Shown here one piece after another: positions 7,884 to 18,141 of a stretch of 61,117 nucleotides of DNA. The notes beneath the pieces are model-generated. The model was given only the letters and a program-made list of their open reading frames with translations, had not been told where the DNA came from and ran no database searches. The position numbers were made by a program, and so were the translations under genes. Each line of letters opens with the position of its first letter. The first letter of the stretch is position 1. Origin of the DNA: an uncultured Methanosarcinales archaeon. GTDB lineage: Archaea > Nanobdellota > Nanobdellia > Woesearchaeales > GW2011-AR4. The stretch spans positions 1 through 61,117 of the forward strand of contig CAYNCK010000088.1 in assembly GCA_964396095.1 (NCBI GenBank), read 5' to 3'.

Positions 7884-10478
7884 ATGAACTCTTCAAATGC
7901 CGCAAATAAAAAAAAGAGCAATAACGGAGTAAAAGGATTGTCCCAGGACTGGGATTTTGATTATGTTTCTTCTTCAGAAAATGAATCTCTCGAATACTTT
8001 GGAACGAATATTGCTGGCTTAAGTGAAAAAGAAGCCCAGAACAGGCTAAAGAAATACGGCTTTAACGAGCTGGCCAGGAAGAAAAAAAGAAAGCTTATTC
8101 TGGAATTTCTTTCAAAGTTCCTGAACCCGCTTGTAATTATTTTGGTGGTAATAGCAGTTTTTTCATTTTATTTCGGCGAGCCTATTAGCGCGATTTTGGT
8201 CGGCTCAATGGCGGTAATAGGGGTTCTGGTGTCTTTTTTCCAGGAGCACAAGGCTAGCAAGGAAGTTGAGAAGCTCATTGAGATGGTAAGGAATACTTCC
8301 ACAGTTTACAGAAACGGAAGGTCAAGGGAAATCAAAGTAAGTGAGATTGTTCCCGGAGATATCACAGATTTGTATGCCGGCGACATGATTCCAGCCGACC
8401 TTAGAATTATTACATGCAAGGATTTGTTCATCAACCAATCTTCCCTGACAGGAGAGTCACTGCCTGTTGAAAAAATATCTTCCCCTGTTAAGGCTGAAAA
8501 CAAGTCATCTGCCTATGAGCTGAAGAATATTGCCTTCATGGGCTCAAGCGTCGTGAGCGGAACAGCTTTGGGAGTAGTAATAAAAACGGGAGTTTCTACC
8601 CAATTTGGAGAGATTTCGAAAAGGCTTGTTTCAATGTCGGTCCAGAGCAGCTTTGACAAGGGCGTCAAGAAATTTGTCTGGCTGATGATAAGGCTGATGG
8701 TTATCCTTATTCTGGTTATTTTTGCAATAAATTATTTCATAAAGGGAAATACTGTTGAAGCTATTATGTTTTCCCTTGCAGTTGCTGTCGGCCTCACACC
8801 TGAGATGCTTCCGACATTAGTTGCCCAAAATCTCTCTAACGGGGCAAAGGCAATGTCAAAAAAAGAGGTAATTGTGAAGCGCCTGAATTCAATACAGAAT
8901 TTCGGCGCAATGGATATCTTATGCACTGACAAAACAGGAACACTGACTGAAGACAAGATAATCCTGGAAAAGCACTGCAACGTCCACATTGATGAAGACG
9001 CGGAAGTTCTCAAATATGCGTTCATCAATAGCTATTACCAGACAGGGCTTAAAGGGCCGATTGACAAGGCAATACTAAAGCACGAGCAGATTTCACTAAC
9101 GCAGTATAAGAAAGTCGACGAAGTTCCATTTGACTTTTCAAGGAGAATAATGAGTGTCATAGTGGACGACAACGGCAAACATATGCTTATAGCGAAAGGC
9201 TCAACTGAAGAAATATATAGGCGGTGCACCAAATATGAGATGGACGGCAAAACAAAAGAATTGGATAAGCAAACTTTGCAGGAGCTAAGAAAAGAGTATG
9301 AAAAACTTAACAGGGCGGGATTTAGGGTTATTGCTGTTGCGTATAAGCAGATTGAAAAGAATAAGCAGAGATACAAAAAGGACGATGAAAAAGACCTGAT
9401 ACTAAAGGGATATGCTGCGTTTCTTGATCCTCCAAAGCAGACGGCAAAAAAGACAATTGCGCTGCTGAAAAAATACGGCATCAAGATAAAAGTCCTTACG
9501 GGCGACAATGAAATCCTGACAGAGAAGATCTGCAATGACGTTGGCATAGACTCAAAAGTAATTATCACCGGCGACAAGATAGAAAAGGCAACTGATGCTG
9601 AGCTAACTAAAATAGTTGAAAGCGCTTCCATATTTGCCAGATTAACTCCGATGCACAAGCAGAGGATAATTAACGCTCTTCAAAAGAACAAGCATGTTGT
9701 GGGGTTTTTGGGGGACGGAATCAACGATGCTCTTGCGTTGAAAGCAGCGGATGTAGGAATATCGGTCAACAACGCAGTTGACATAGCCAAGGAGTCTGCA
9801 GACATCATCCTTCTGAAAAAAAGCCTCGGCACGCTTGCTGACGGCGTCATTGAAGGGAGAAAAAGCTTCGGGAATATTCTAAAGTACATAAAGATGGGCG
9901 CAAGCTCGAATTTCGGAAACATGTTCAGCATGACGGGCGCAAGCCTGTTTCTTCCGTTCCTTCCTATGCTTCCAATCCAGATTCTTTTGAATAATTTTCT
10001 CTATGATATGTCCCAGATAGCAATACCATCTGACGAGGTTGACATTGAATACACTTTAAAGGAAAGGCCATGGAATGTTGATTACATAAAAAAATTTATT
10101 TTGATTATTGGGCCTATCAGCTCGATATTCGACTTTATTACATTTGGCGTGATGCTTTGGGTATTTAAAGCTCCCGAATCTCTGTTCCATACTGGCTGGT
10201 TCTTGGAGTCACTTTGCACGCAGACCCTTATTATTCATGTTATCCGAACAGGAAAAATTCCATTCCTGGAAAGCAAGCCGAGCCAGTTTTTGGCCTTTAC
10301 ATCAATCTATATAGTTACGCTTGGGCTTGTGATTCCATTCACGCCACTAGGAAAGCACTTTGGCTTTGTGATGCCCCCGGCATCTTACTTTTTGTTCCTG
10401 ATAGGAATAGTTGCATTGTACATGCTGACTGTTCAGATTGTAAAGAATATGTTCATAAAGAAATATGGATATGAATGA
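7884..10478 (+). CDS. mgtA: Magnesium-translocating P-type ATPase
   Basis: LTGES, VGLTPEMLP, DKTGTLT, GDGINDA, SSNFGNMFS. Confidence 0.93.
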   Translation: MNSSNAANKKKSNNGVKGLSQDWDFDYVSSSENESLEYFGTNIAGLSEKEAQNRLKKYGFNELARKKKRKLILEFLSKFLNPLVIILVVIAVFSFYFGEPISAILVGSMAVIGVLVSFFQEHKASKEVEKLIEMVRNTSTVYRNGRSREIKVSEIVPGDITDLYAGDMIPADLRIITCKDLFINQSSLTGESLPVEKISSPVKAENKSSAYELKNIAFMGSSVVSGTALGVVIKTGVSTQFGEISKRLVSMSVQSSFDKGVKKFVWLMIRLMVILILVIFAINYFIKGNTVEAIMFSLAVAVGLTPEMLPTLVAQNLSNGAKAMSKKEVIVKRLNSIQNFGAMDILCTDKTGTLTEDKIILEKHCNVHIDEDAEVLKYAFINSYYQTGLKGPIDKAILKHEQISLTQYKKVDEVPFDFSRRIMSVIVDDNGKHMLIAKGSTEEIYRRCTKYEMDGKTKELDKQTLQELRKEYEKLNRAGFRVIAVAYKQIEKNKQRYKKDDEKDLILKGYAAFLDPPKQTAKKTIALLKKYGIKIKVLTGDNEILTEKICNDVGIDSKVIITGDKIEKATDAELTKIVESASIFARLTPMHKQRIINALQKNKHVVGFLGDGINDALALKAADVGISVNNAVDIAKESADIILLKKSLGTLADGVIEGRKSFGNILKYIKMGASSNFGNMFSMTGASLFLPFLPMLPIQILLNNFLYDMSQIAIPSDEVDIEYTLKERPWNVDYIKKFILIIGPISSIFDFITFGVMLWVFKAPESLFHTGWFLESLCTQTLIIHVIRTGKIPFLESKPSQFLAFTSIYIVTLGLVIPFTPLGKHFGFVMPPASYFLFLIGIVALYMLTVQIVKNMFIKKYGYE

Positions 10479-10506
10479 TTAAATTAAACTGAATATAATA
10501 AATTAT

Positions 10507-11817
10507 TTATCCAAGAATTTCTTTCATATGCATTATTCTTTTTTTAATAAGCTTCTCAGTTCCAATGTCTTCCCTGTGGAAAACATTTCCTATGATGGAT
10601 TTTGTTGCCTCTTCCGCAATTTTTTCCGCATTTTTTAAATTCTCGGCAATGCCTAGGCATGCAACCCCTCTCGAGCCGGTCAAATATAATCCGTCTTCTT
10701 TTTCATCAACAGAAGCATAATATAATCTTGCATTTTTTGCAGCATTTCCAATTTGTATTTTTTCATTTTTCAGCGGATTGTCAGGGTATCCATTTGGAAC
10801 TGCATACTTGCAGACAGTGGCTTTTTTTTGAAATTTTATTTTGATTTTATTTAAATTTTGATTTATAATTGCCTTGCAAACTTCAGCAAAATCATTTTCC
10901 ATCAAAGGCAGTACGTTCATTGCTTCAGGATCTCCAAATCTTGCATTGTATTCAATAAGCCTGACACCATTCTTTGTTATGATGAATCCGCCGTACATTA
11001 CGCCTTTGTAAAATTCCCCTGTTTCTTTGTGCAAAGCTTCGGCAACTTTTTCTGTTATTTTAATTCCTTCCTCAACATCACTTTTATTCAGAAACGGAAG
11101 CAAATGGTTTTCACAGGAATACGAGCCCATTCCTCCTGTGTTTGGGCCTTTGTCATCAGCGTATGCTCTTTTGTGGTCCTGGACAGGAGGGGTTGCAACA
11201 ACTGTTTTCCCATCAGTAAGGCACTGCAGCGAGAATTCCTCGCCTTCAAGCTTCTCTTCAACAATAACTGAAGGATGCGTCTGCAGAACTTCATTGCAAT
11301 ACTCAACTGCTTCTTTTTTTGTGATGAAGTGGTCCCCTTGGACTTTAACTCCTTTTCCTGCAGTCAATCCGTCAGGCTTTATAACGCATTGATGCAATCC
11401 GTCGATGAATTTTTTTGCATCACTTATATTGTTTTTATTAAAAATTTCAAATTTTGGGTTGCCATCTATTTTGTACTTTCTCAAAAGATTTCTTGTAAAA
11501 GATTTGCTTGTTTCAAGCCTTGCAAGATTTTTTGTTGGGCCAATTGAATTAATGCCAATATCTTTTAATAAATCAACAACACCATTGTTCAATGGCTCTT
11601 CAGGCCCGATAAAGGCAAAATCAGGCTTGATTTTTTCAGCATAGCTTCTTATTTTTTCCAAATCACTGTAATTTCCAGTTTCAATTCCTTCTGATAATGA
11701 AATAATTCCGGGGTTTTTTGATTTAATATAGGAAAATATGTTTGCAGATTTGTTTTTCTTCAGCGTTTCGGCTATCACATGCTCTCTTGCGCCGTTTCCT
11801 ATTAGAAGTATTTTCAT
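10507..11817 (-). CDS. purD: Phosphoribosylamine-glycine ligase
   Basis: IGNGAREH, IKPDGLTAGKGV, QDHKR...GPNTGGMGSY, EYNARFGDPE. Confidence 0.96.
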   Translation of the reverse strand: MKILLIGNGAREHVIAETLKKNKSANIFSYIKSKNPGIISLSEGIETGNYSDLEKIRSYAEKIKPDFAFIGPEEPLNNGVVDLLKDIGINSIGPTKNLARLETSKSFTRNLLRKYKIDGNPKFEIFNKNNISDAKKFIDGLHQCVIKPDGLTAGKGVKVQGDHFITKKEAVEYCNEVLQTHPSVIVEEKLEGEEFSLQCLTDGKTVVATPPVQDHKRAYADDKGPNTGGMGSYSCENHLLPFLNKSDVEEGIKITEKVAEALHKETGEFYKGVMYGGFIITKNGVRLIEYNARFGDPEAMNVLPLMENDFAEVCKAIINQNLNKIKIKFQKKATVCKYAVPNGYPDNPLKNEKIQIGNAAKNARLYYASVDEKEDGLYLTGSRGVACLGIAENLKNAEKIAEEATKSIIGNVFHREDIGTEKLIKKRIMHMKEILG

Positions 11818-12085
11818 TGAATCACAATAAAGTAGCTTTTACAGTTGTTTATAATTTTTTTGATTTATGACTATGTTGCAATAAGGCAAAGTTAGATTTA
11901 TTTTGATGAAAGTCCATTACGAAATCCTTAATAATATTACTAAATTCAAATCATCAAAAATATTTATATATTTTATATAAAGGCGATAGATTTAAATATG
12001 AAGATTGGTTATAGGACATAAAGGAGTTAATTAGGGGACTATAAATTGTAATAGTTAAAAATTAATCTATTAAAGTAAAATTAAC

Positions 12086-13336
12086 ATGCCAAAACTCAGA
12101 ACTGTGAAGGAACATCCAAAAATCCTTATTGCAGGCCCGAATCGAGTAGGTAAAAGTAGTACAATGGACGCTCTTGAAATTATAACTAGTTATGGGATTG
12201 AAAGGGGAGGTAAAGATAAAGTTCGGGAAGGTGGCCCTCAACCTGAGGATGGCACTAGAAAAGATGGGAATATAGTCTCTAGAGATGAATTCTTGAGGAA
12301 GAAAGAAAATGGATTGTATGAATTGGATTATTATAATGGAATAGACACATTTCATGGGGTACTTCAGAAAGATGCTGCAAGAACTGATAAATTTATCGGT
12401 TATATTGCAGATACTTACGGGGGTGCTTATAGATTTATAATACACTTTCCACGGCTCATAAGTTTTTTTTTCCATACTGAACCTAGAGTTATGGGGGAAA
12501 GGTTAAAAAGAGCAGATATCCCTCCAGAGCAGATTAGGAAAAGGTTGGCTACGTATGAGGCACAGTTGGCACTTTTCTTGCAAAATGCTTCTCAGTTCTA
12601 TTTTCCGATCTTAACCAAGCAAAGGCAATATTATCCTCCAGATTATTCCACTGAAGAAATTAAAAAATTAGACCAGGAAGAAATTAACGCTAACGCTAGA
12701 AGAATTGTTGGCCTGATAAATGAATATACCAAACACTACAGGCCAGATATGTCAGTGACTGATTTCCACAACGCGTATGTTGGCAGAAAAATTAGAGGGT
12801 TGCTAGGCGTGGAAATAAGTGATTTAGAGGAAAGAGTTAAGAAACAGGGGAGACCTATAAACTTGAGTCTAAAGGACCAACTTTCAAGATACGGAGACAC
12901 ACCCGATGATATTAAAGAAATTGTAGAAAAAGGACTTCCAGTTGTAGAATATGCTAATAAAAATGGAAGGCATAATATATTGGTTCAAGTTCCAAGAGAG
13001 CCGTACAAGACAGATTTGAAATTAGAAGAGACAGTGCTTGATTTAATAGGCCTAAAAATTGGAACGCCAACATTAAGAGAGCCTAAAGAAGCTTCATTTC
13101 TTAGAGATTCCAAGTTCGGTCTGGTTCATGTAGAAAATGCACTTTTGCGAGATGGAGTATTATACTCCTTAGGCGACCCAATACGAGACGTGCCTGCACA
13201 TACTGGGCTTGCAGTATCGTTCGTATACAAAAATGGAAAAAGGATTGAAATTACGGGTCTTACTGCAGGAGACCTTTCTAAGGGTTATGCCCTTGGAGTT
13301 CCTTTTGAAGCAAGTGGAATTCCAAGCAATTTTTAA
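12086..13336 (+). CDS. Guanylate-kinase-like P-loop protein with ~220-aa unknown C-terminal extension
   Basis: IAGPNRVGKSS P-loop, DGNIVSRDEF and ERLKR...EQIRKRL lid resemble Gmk; GMP-binding residues diverged. Confidence 0.6.
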   Translation: MPKLRTVKEHPKILIAGPNRVGKSSTMDALEIITSYGIERGGKDKVREGGPQPEDGTRKDGNIVSRDEFLRKKENGLYELDYYNGIDTFHGVLQKDAARTDKFIGYIADTYGGAYRFIIHFPRLISFFFHTEPRVMGERLKRADIPPEQIRKRLATYEAQLALFLQNASQFYFPILTKQRQYYPPDYSTEEIKKLDQEEINANARRIVGLINEYTKHYRPDMSVTDFHNAYVGRKIRGLLGVEISDLEERVKKQGRPINLSLKDQLSRYGDTPDDIKEIVEKGLPVVEYANKNGRHNILVQVPREPYKTDLKLEETVLDLIGLKIGTPTLREPKEASFLRDSKFGLVHVENALLRDGVLYSLGDPIRDVPAHTGLAVSFVYKNGKRIEITGLTAGDLSKGYALGVPFEASGIPSNF

Positions 13337-13340
13337 TATA

Positions 13341-14291
13341 TTATTCCTTCATTCCCATTCTTGCAACTTGCATATCAGTTACCAGCTCAAAAATATGTTC
13401 AATCTTGCTTACTAAAATTAATTCTTCTACTGGAATTTTATTTTTGTAACTATATAGCAGGTTCATCATATCATTTCTGTTCTTGTACATCTTAACTGCT
13501 TTTTTTGGGTCAAACTTATAGAAAAATTCTGAAAAAGTCTGTATTGTATCATCTACTAGTTGAATAAGCTGGATAGTTTTAGTATTCAATGAATGCTTAA
13601 ATTTAGTTGCATCCCTTGCAGTATTCTTTAGGACATCAATAACTTTATCTAAATCGCCTATAATATGGTAAAGTACTATAGTATCCTGGTTGTTAGAATA
13701 ACCGTATTTGTTAAGCAATCTCGAACAATAACTTATAAATTTTGTAATTGAATCATGCTTTTCCTCAATATTGCTCAATAGGTTAATATTATTTTCTTTA
13801 CTGCCCCTTATTAAATCAGAGCTTGCGTCTTTTATTAATAAAAATACTCTTCTCAATACACTGTCAAATTCTTTTACAGAACTGGTAGATATATCTTTTA
13901 TCAGGCAGTAGTTGTCCCTTTGTTGTATAACCTCATAGCCTAAAAGCCTGTTGACTTCCTGATTTATAACTTTAATAACACTTACTTCTTGGTTTTCCCT
14001 AAAGTATGTTGTAGTATGGTTAGAAAATAAAATTTTTATTTCATCATAACCTATCCTATACAGGCTTTGAAGGTAATACAAAATAGTTGTTCTATCAAGC
14101 CCGCTGATATCTATTTCGATAATTTTTAGTTCAATGTCATTGTTTACACCTACTGAAAGCTTATTCCCCTGTTCTTCAACTTCTAACTCATCCCCCTTTT
14201 TAATCCCGTACTTCAGACTCCATTTTCTTGGCAATGAGATTAGCTGCGTAGAATTCGCTATCTGTATCACTCTTCTTTTGATATTTACCAC
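13341..14291 (-). CDS. AbrB-domain + PhoU-domain phosphate uptake regulator
   Basis: RRVIQIANSTQLISLPRKWS..GIKKGDEL AbrB N-terminus; helical PhoU repeats (GYEVI, DLDKVID). Confidence 0.85.
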   Translation of the reverse strand: MVNIKRRVIQIANSTQLISLPRKWSLKYGIKKGDELEVEEQGNKLSVGVNNDIELKIIEIDISGLDRTTILYYLQSLYRIGYDEIKILFSNHTTTYFRENQEVSVIKVINQEVNRLLGYEVIQQRDNYCLIKDISTSSVKEFDSVLRRVFLLIKDASSDLIRGSKENNINLLSNIEEKHDSITKFISYCSRLLNKYGYSNNQDTIVLYHIIGDLDKVIDVLKNTARDATKFKHSLNTKTIQLIQLVDDTIQTFSEFFYKFDPKKAVKMYKNRNDMMNLLYSYKNKIPVEELILVSKIEHIFELVTDMQVARMGMKE

Positions 14292-14489
14292 CCCATCATA
14301 AATTTATAAATGTGACAGATTATTTAAGTTAAAATATAAATCCCCTTTAGTCTTTATAGCACGTTAATGATATTACAATAACTATATAAATTTTTCTTTT
14401 TATATAAATTTTATAAACTTTAAGGGTAAACTATATAAAAATTAAGGTATTGCCTAAAGAAATAAGGAATTTATGCTCAAGTGATAAAA

Positions 14490-14618
14490 ATGACCCAAGT
14501 AATAAAAATGAAGCGGAAAATAATACATGAAGAAATAATGGGGGAAGATGCAGATGTCTACGCCTTTTTTGAGAATCTAAATCAAATTGATTTCAGGGAC
14601 GATTTAAGTTATAAATAA
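14490..14618 (+). CDS. Small acidic ORF (42 aa) upstream of purF, below ORF-track cutoff
   Basis: MTQVIKMKRKIIHEEIMGEDADVYAFFENLNQIDFRDDLSYK; GTGAT just upstream. Confidence 0.35.
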   Translation: MTQVIKMKRKIIHEEIMGEDADVYAFFENLNQIDFRDDLSYK

Positions 14619-14795
14619 GGTTATGACTCTGGGAAATTACATTTCAGTGTGATAGTTCTACTAAGTGTCAATGCGTCATCTATTTCTTTTCAATATTACA
14701 AAATCTTAATTTTTTATATAAATTATAAACTTTTGGATAAAATGCGAAAACTTTATATAAGAAGGGAGTTCTATAATCCTATAAATGGGGGTCTT

Positions 14796-16340
14796 ATGGA
14801 AGGGGAAGCAAATCACAATTGTGCCATAGCTGCCGTTTACATCAAGGATAACGGCGATTCGTCCAACAGAGCTCTGTTCTATCTTTACAAGCTTCTCCTC
14901 AATCAACAAAATAGGGGCCAATTAAGCGCTGGCGTAACAACCTACAACCCTTCTAGAATGCAAATTCTTGACACTTATAAGGATTTAGGGCCTGTCAATG
15001 AGGTTTTCAAGACAAGCGACAGGCAGAATTCCATGGAAATTTTCAAGAGGTACGCGGGAAATAAAGGAATCGGGCACGTAAGGTATGCAACTTCAGGAAG
15101 CGAAGACCGAAGCCTGGCGCAGCCTTTTGAAAGGCATCATGGAAGAAAATGGAAATGGTTTTCTTTTTGCTGGAACGGAAACCTGGCTAATTATAGTGAA
15201 CTGAGGCAGAATCTGATGGAAAAGTCCGATTACCATTTTATTTATAATTCCGATACTGAAATTCTTATGCATTATCTTTCAAGGGAACTTAAAGGCTCAA
15301 CTAAGCCAAATCTTGTAAAAGTATTTACTAGGCTAGCTCAGAAGCTTGATGGGTGCTTTAATATTGCATTTATGAACGCTTTTGGCGAAATGATAATTCT
15401 TCGAGATCCTTATGGTTTTAGGCCGGTTGTTTACGGATGGAAAGATGACATGTTCCTTGCAGCCTCCGAATCAAATGCGCTGATCAATTGCGGAGTAACA
15501 GAATACAATCACCTTGAGCCGGGCCATCTGATTTATATCAAAAATGGGAATGTTGAAATCAAGAAATATGCTGAAAGCCCTAAAAAATCGCATTGCATGT
15601 TCGAATGGGTTTATTTTGCAAATGTAAGCAGCGTTTTAGATGGGCAGTCCGTTTACATAACGAGGACAAACCTTGGAAAAGAGCTCGCAAGGCAGGAAAT
15701 TGAAAAAGTCAATGACAGGGACTATGTTGTTGTGCCTGTGCCCGACACAGCAAAAGCAGCAGGCGATGCAATGGCATACTCATTGAAGGTTCCTTCTGCA
15801 GAAGGATTAATCAGGAACAGGTTTGTGGGAAGAACATTTATTGAAGGCTCTTCTAGGGATGATAGGGTTCAAAACAAGTATACGGCATTGAAGGAAATTT
15901 TAAATGGCAAGAAAGTAATTTTGGTTGATGACAGCATTGTAAGAGGCTCAACAACAAAGCAGCTCATAAATTACATAAAGAAAGCCGGAGGAGCTAAAGA
16001 AGTGCACATCCGGGTTTCATGCCCTCCAATTAGAGGCCCTTGCTTTTACGGCATTGACATGTCCACAGTTGCAGAGCTTTTGATTCCAAGGTACGAGAAA
16101 GAGCCGAAAAGCGGGGAAGTTTCTAAAGAAATAATTGACAAAATTGCAAAAGACATTGGCGCTGATTCTATAAAATATCAAAGCATACAGGGACTGGTAA
16201 AAAGCATAGGCAAGCCCGCAAAGGACTTGTGCATGGCATGCCTGACAGGAGAATATCCAACACCATATGGCAAGAAGCTTTACAAAAAAGCCTGGGAAAA
16301 CTTCAGAAAGGGAATTAAGGAAAGAACTTATGCCTGTTGA
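14796..16340 (+). CDS. purF: Amidophosphoribosyltransferase (Fe-S type)
   Basis: Propeptide then Cys (HNCAI), IGHVRYAT, CMFEWVYF, LVDDSIVRGST, CFYGID, CMAC; start taken as ATG 14796. Confidence 0.95.
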   Translation: MEGEANHNCAIAAVYIKDNGDSSNRALFYLYKLLLNQQNRGQLSAGVTTYNPSRMQILDTYKDLGPVNEVFKTSDRQNSMEIFKRYAGNKGIGHVRYATSGSEDRSLAQPFERHHGRKWKWFSFCWNGNLANYSELRQNLMEKSDYHFIYNSDTEILMHYLSRELKGSTKPNLVKVFTRLAQKLDGCFNIAFMNAFGEMIILRDPYGFRPVVYGWKDDMFLAASESNALINCGVTEYNHLEPGHLIYIKNGNVEIKKYAESPKKSHCMFEWVYFANVSSVLDGQSVYITRTNLGKELARQEIEKVNDRDYVVVPVPDTAKAAGDAMAYSLKVPSAEGLIRNRFVGRTFIEGSSRDDRVQNKYTALKEILNGKKVILVDDSIVRGSTTKQLINYIKKAGGAKEVHIRVSCPPIRGPCFYGIDMSTVAELLIPRYEKEPKSGEVSKEIIDKIAKDIGADSIKYQSIQGLVKSIGKPAKDLCMACLTGEYPTPYGKKLYKKAWENFRKGIKERTYAC

Positions 16341-16406
16341 TGTGTAAATTCCATAGTAGTTACTAACAAAAGATTTAAAAAGAAAATATAGATACTTTAC
16401 AATAAA

Positions 16407-16958
16407 ATGCCACAAGTAACTCGTGTATGGGGTGGATTAATGCAACGATTAAGGAGAAGACACCCTGGGGCTGATGTAATTCCTATTAGTGGCCATATTC
16501 AACATCCTATCACGGCTGAAAAAATTGATTTGGAAAAAATTGCCGAGGAAGCTGCAAGGAATATGGAAAGCGGTAAACCTTCAAATGCATTACATGTTTA
16601 CTCTGTTGTGCATGACCTAAGGTTACACAATGATTATGGTCCTCTTATTTTTCATACAGGTTCTTTGGGAGACTATTTTGGCAAAGTTGGTGATAGTCCA
16701 GAATCCAGAAACGCATTAAGAAGGGTTCTCGAAAACCCATTGGACAAGGATTCAAGACATACGAGAATGTATGCGATTGCTAAACACTTATCTGTATCAG
16801 GAGCCGCACCACTTTCAGGAAACGGGTGGCTTAGAACCGAGGTAGACCATTATTTGCATGGCAACCAAATGATTAGGCTTTTTACAATACCTAATGAACT
16901 TTATTCGCGTGAGGAATTAGACAGGGCACCAACGATGTATATAAAATTAAAAAAATAA
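16407..16958 (+). CDS. Hypothetical protein (183 aa)
   Basis: ATG ORF downstream of purF; no motif recognised. Confidence 0.6.
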   Translation: MPQVTRVWGGLMQRLRRRHPGADVIPISGHIQHPITAEKIDLEKIAEEAARNMESGKPSNALHVYSVVHDLRLHNDYGPLIFHTGSLGDYFGKVGDSPESRNALRRVLENPLDKDSRHTRMYAIAKHLSVSGAAPLSGNGWLRTEVDHYLHGNQMIRLFTIPNELYSREELDRAPTMYIKLKK

Positions 16959-16979
16959 TAGCTTCTCTAAAGAATTCAA

Positions 16980-17165
16980 TCACTTATAACCCATCTCTTT
17001 CTTGAACTTGTCATTGCAGCTTTTGCAGTAATTCCTTGAAGAGTGCCTGTTATCAAGATCTACTGTAAACTTTTCCCTGCATGCCCTGCAGGTTCCTATC
17101 ATCTTATAGAATCTTTTTGGCTTTACTGCCTTTGGTAGATATGTTCGCTTTTTCATATGTAACAT
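16980..17165 (-). CDS. Small basic zinc-ribbon protein
   Basis: CRAC...CKSC, 61 aa, Lys/Arg rich. Confidence 0.55.
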   Translation of the reverse strand: MLHMKKRTYLPKAVKPKRFYKMIGTCRACREKFTVDLDNRHSSRNYCKSCNDKFKKEMGYK

Positions 17166-17355
17166 AAATAACTCACGGGTTTAAAAGACTATGGTTTATT
17201 AATATTCAATATTTGCTTATGTACGGAGTACATAATTTATGATTTTATATCTTCTGAGTCAGAATTCTTAGCTAAAAGGTGTTCAAGACTTTGTCCTAAT
17301 TCGTGGAAAAAATGTAACCTGCTGCTCGGGTCTTTTATTTTTTCAAATTTTTCCT

Positions 17356-17757
17356 TTAAGCTGGGGGGTACAAATGTGAAAATAGATTGATCCATGGATC
17401 ATCTTTAGAAAAACTATATTCCGCTGGTTTCTGAGATTCTAATCCATCCAGTTTATTTTCAATGGAAATTTTTTTTCTTTTTTTGCGTAAACTTAAATTT
17501 TCAAAAAATCTGAGTCTTTCATCATATTTACATAATACTAAAATTATTGATGTTATTTGGTCATCAATTGGACCATTACCTGATAATATACGGTGCACAG
17601 ATTGATGGGACCTAGTAAATCCCTGATTTAGGAATTCAATATAGAGATCCTTACCAATTCCTGAGTAACCATAGTCTGCAAGAGTGTTCCTCATAATCTC
17701 TATTTCTGGCTTTTTTAGGCGGTAAGGTTGTGATTTTGACATTCTAAAAATTTTCAC
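17356..17757 (-). CDS. Hypothetical protein (133 aa)
   Basis: ATG ORF; no motif recognised. Confidence 0.5.
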   Translation of the reverse strand: MKIFRMSKSQPYRLKKPEIEIMRNTLADYGYSGIGKDLYIEFLNQGFTRSHQSVHRILSGNGPIDDQITSIILVLCKYDERLRFFENLSLRKKRKKISIENKLDGLESQKPAEYSFSKDDPWINLFSHLYPPA

Positions 17758-17853
17758 CAGTCTGAAGTAATTACTAATGCCTTTTAAATTTTATCCCCCC
17801 CTTATGGTGGAGAAATAATAAGATTTATAAGCACAAGCACTTTATATTCAATA

Positions 17854-18125
17854 ATGATTGAAGAATCACTGGAATCTGCAGGAATGACCAAGTCAGAGGT
17901 AAAGGTCTATTTGTCAATGGTAGACTTAGGCTCAAGCTCTGTCGGGCAGATTATTTCCAAGTCTAATGTAACATCAAGCAAAATTTATGAATTATTAGAC
18001 AAATTAATCCACAAAGGACTTGTATCTTCAATTATTAAGAAAGGCGTGAAGCATTTTGAAGCTGCGCCTCCATCAAGAATTCTGGACTACCTGAATGAAA
18101 AAGAGAACAGCTTAAAAAATCAAAT
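17854..18125 (+). pseudogene. TrmB-family regulator, 5' part (wHTH), interrupted by IS66
   Basis: GMTKSEVKVYLSMVDLG..SVGQI..KSNVTSSKIYELLDKLIHKGLVS; joins in frame to 19713-20184 when the IS and one TSD are removed. Confidence 0.9.
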
Positions 18126-18141
18126 GTATTTGTTTAGCTCT

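Noticed and set aside
7875-7884. AGCTAAACAA matching 10 bp of the IS66 TIR upstream of mgtA
   Set aside because: Lacks the terminal ATAC, has no partner end or TSD; likely chance
14649-14795. Long upstream extensions of ORF-track calls (also 6352-6534, 34710-34796, 42023-42217, 45993-46076, 53178-53270)
   Set aside because: They cross promoters or neighbouring genes; downstream ATGs fit family N-termini and TATA spacing
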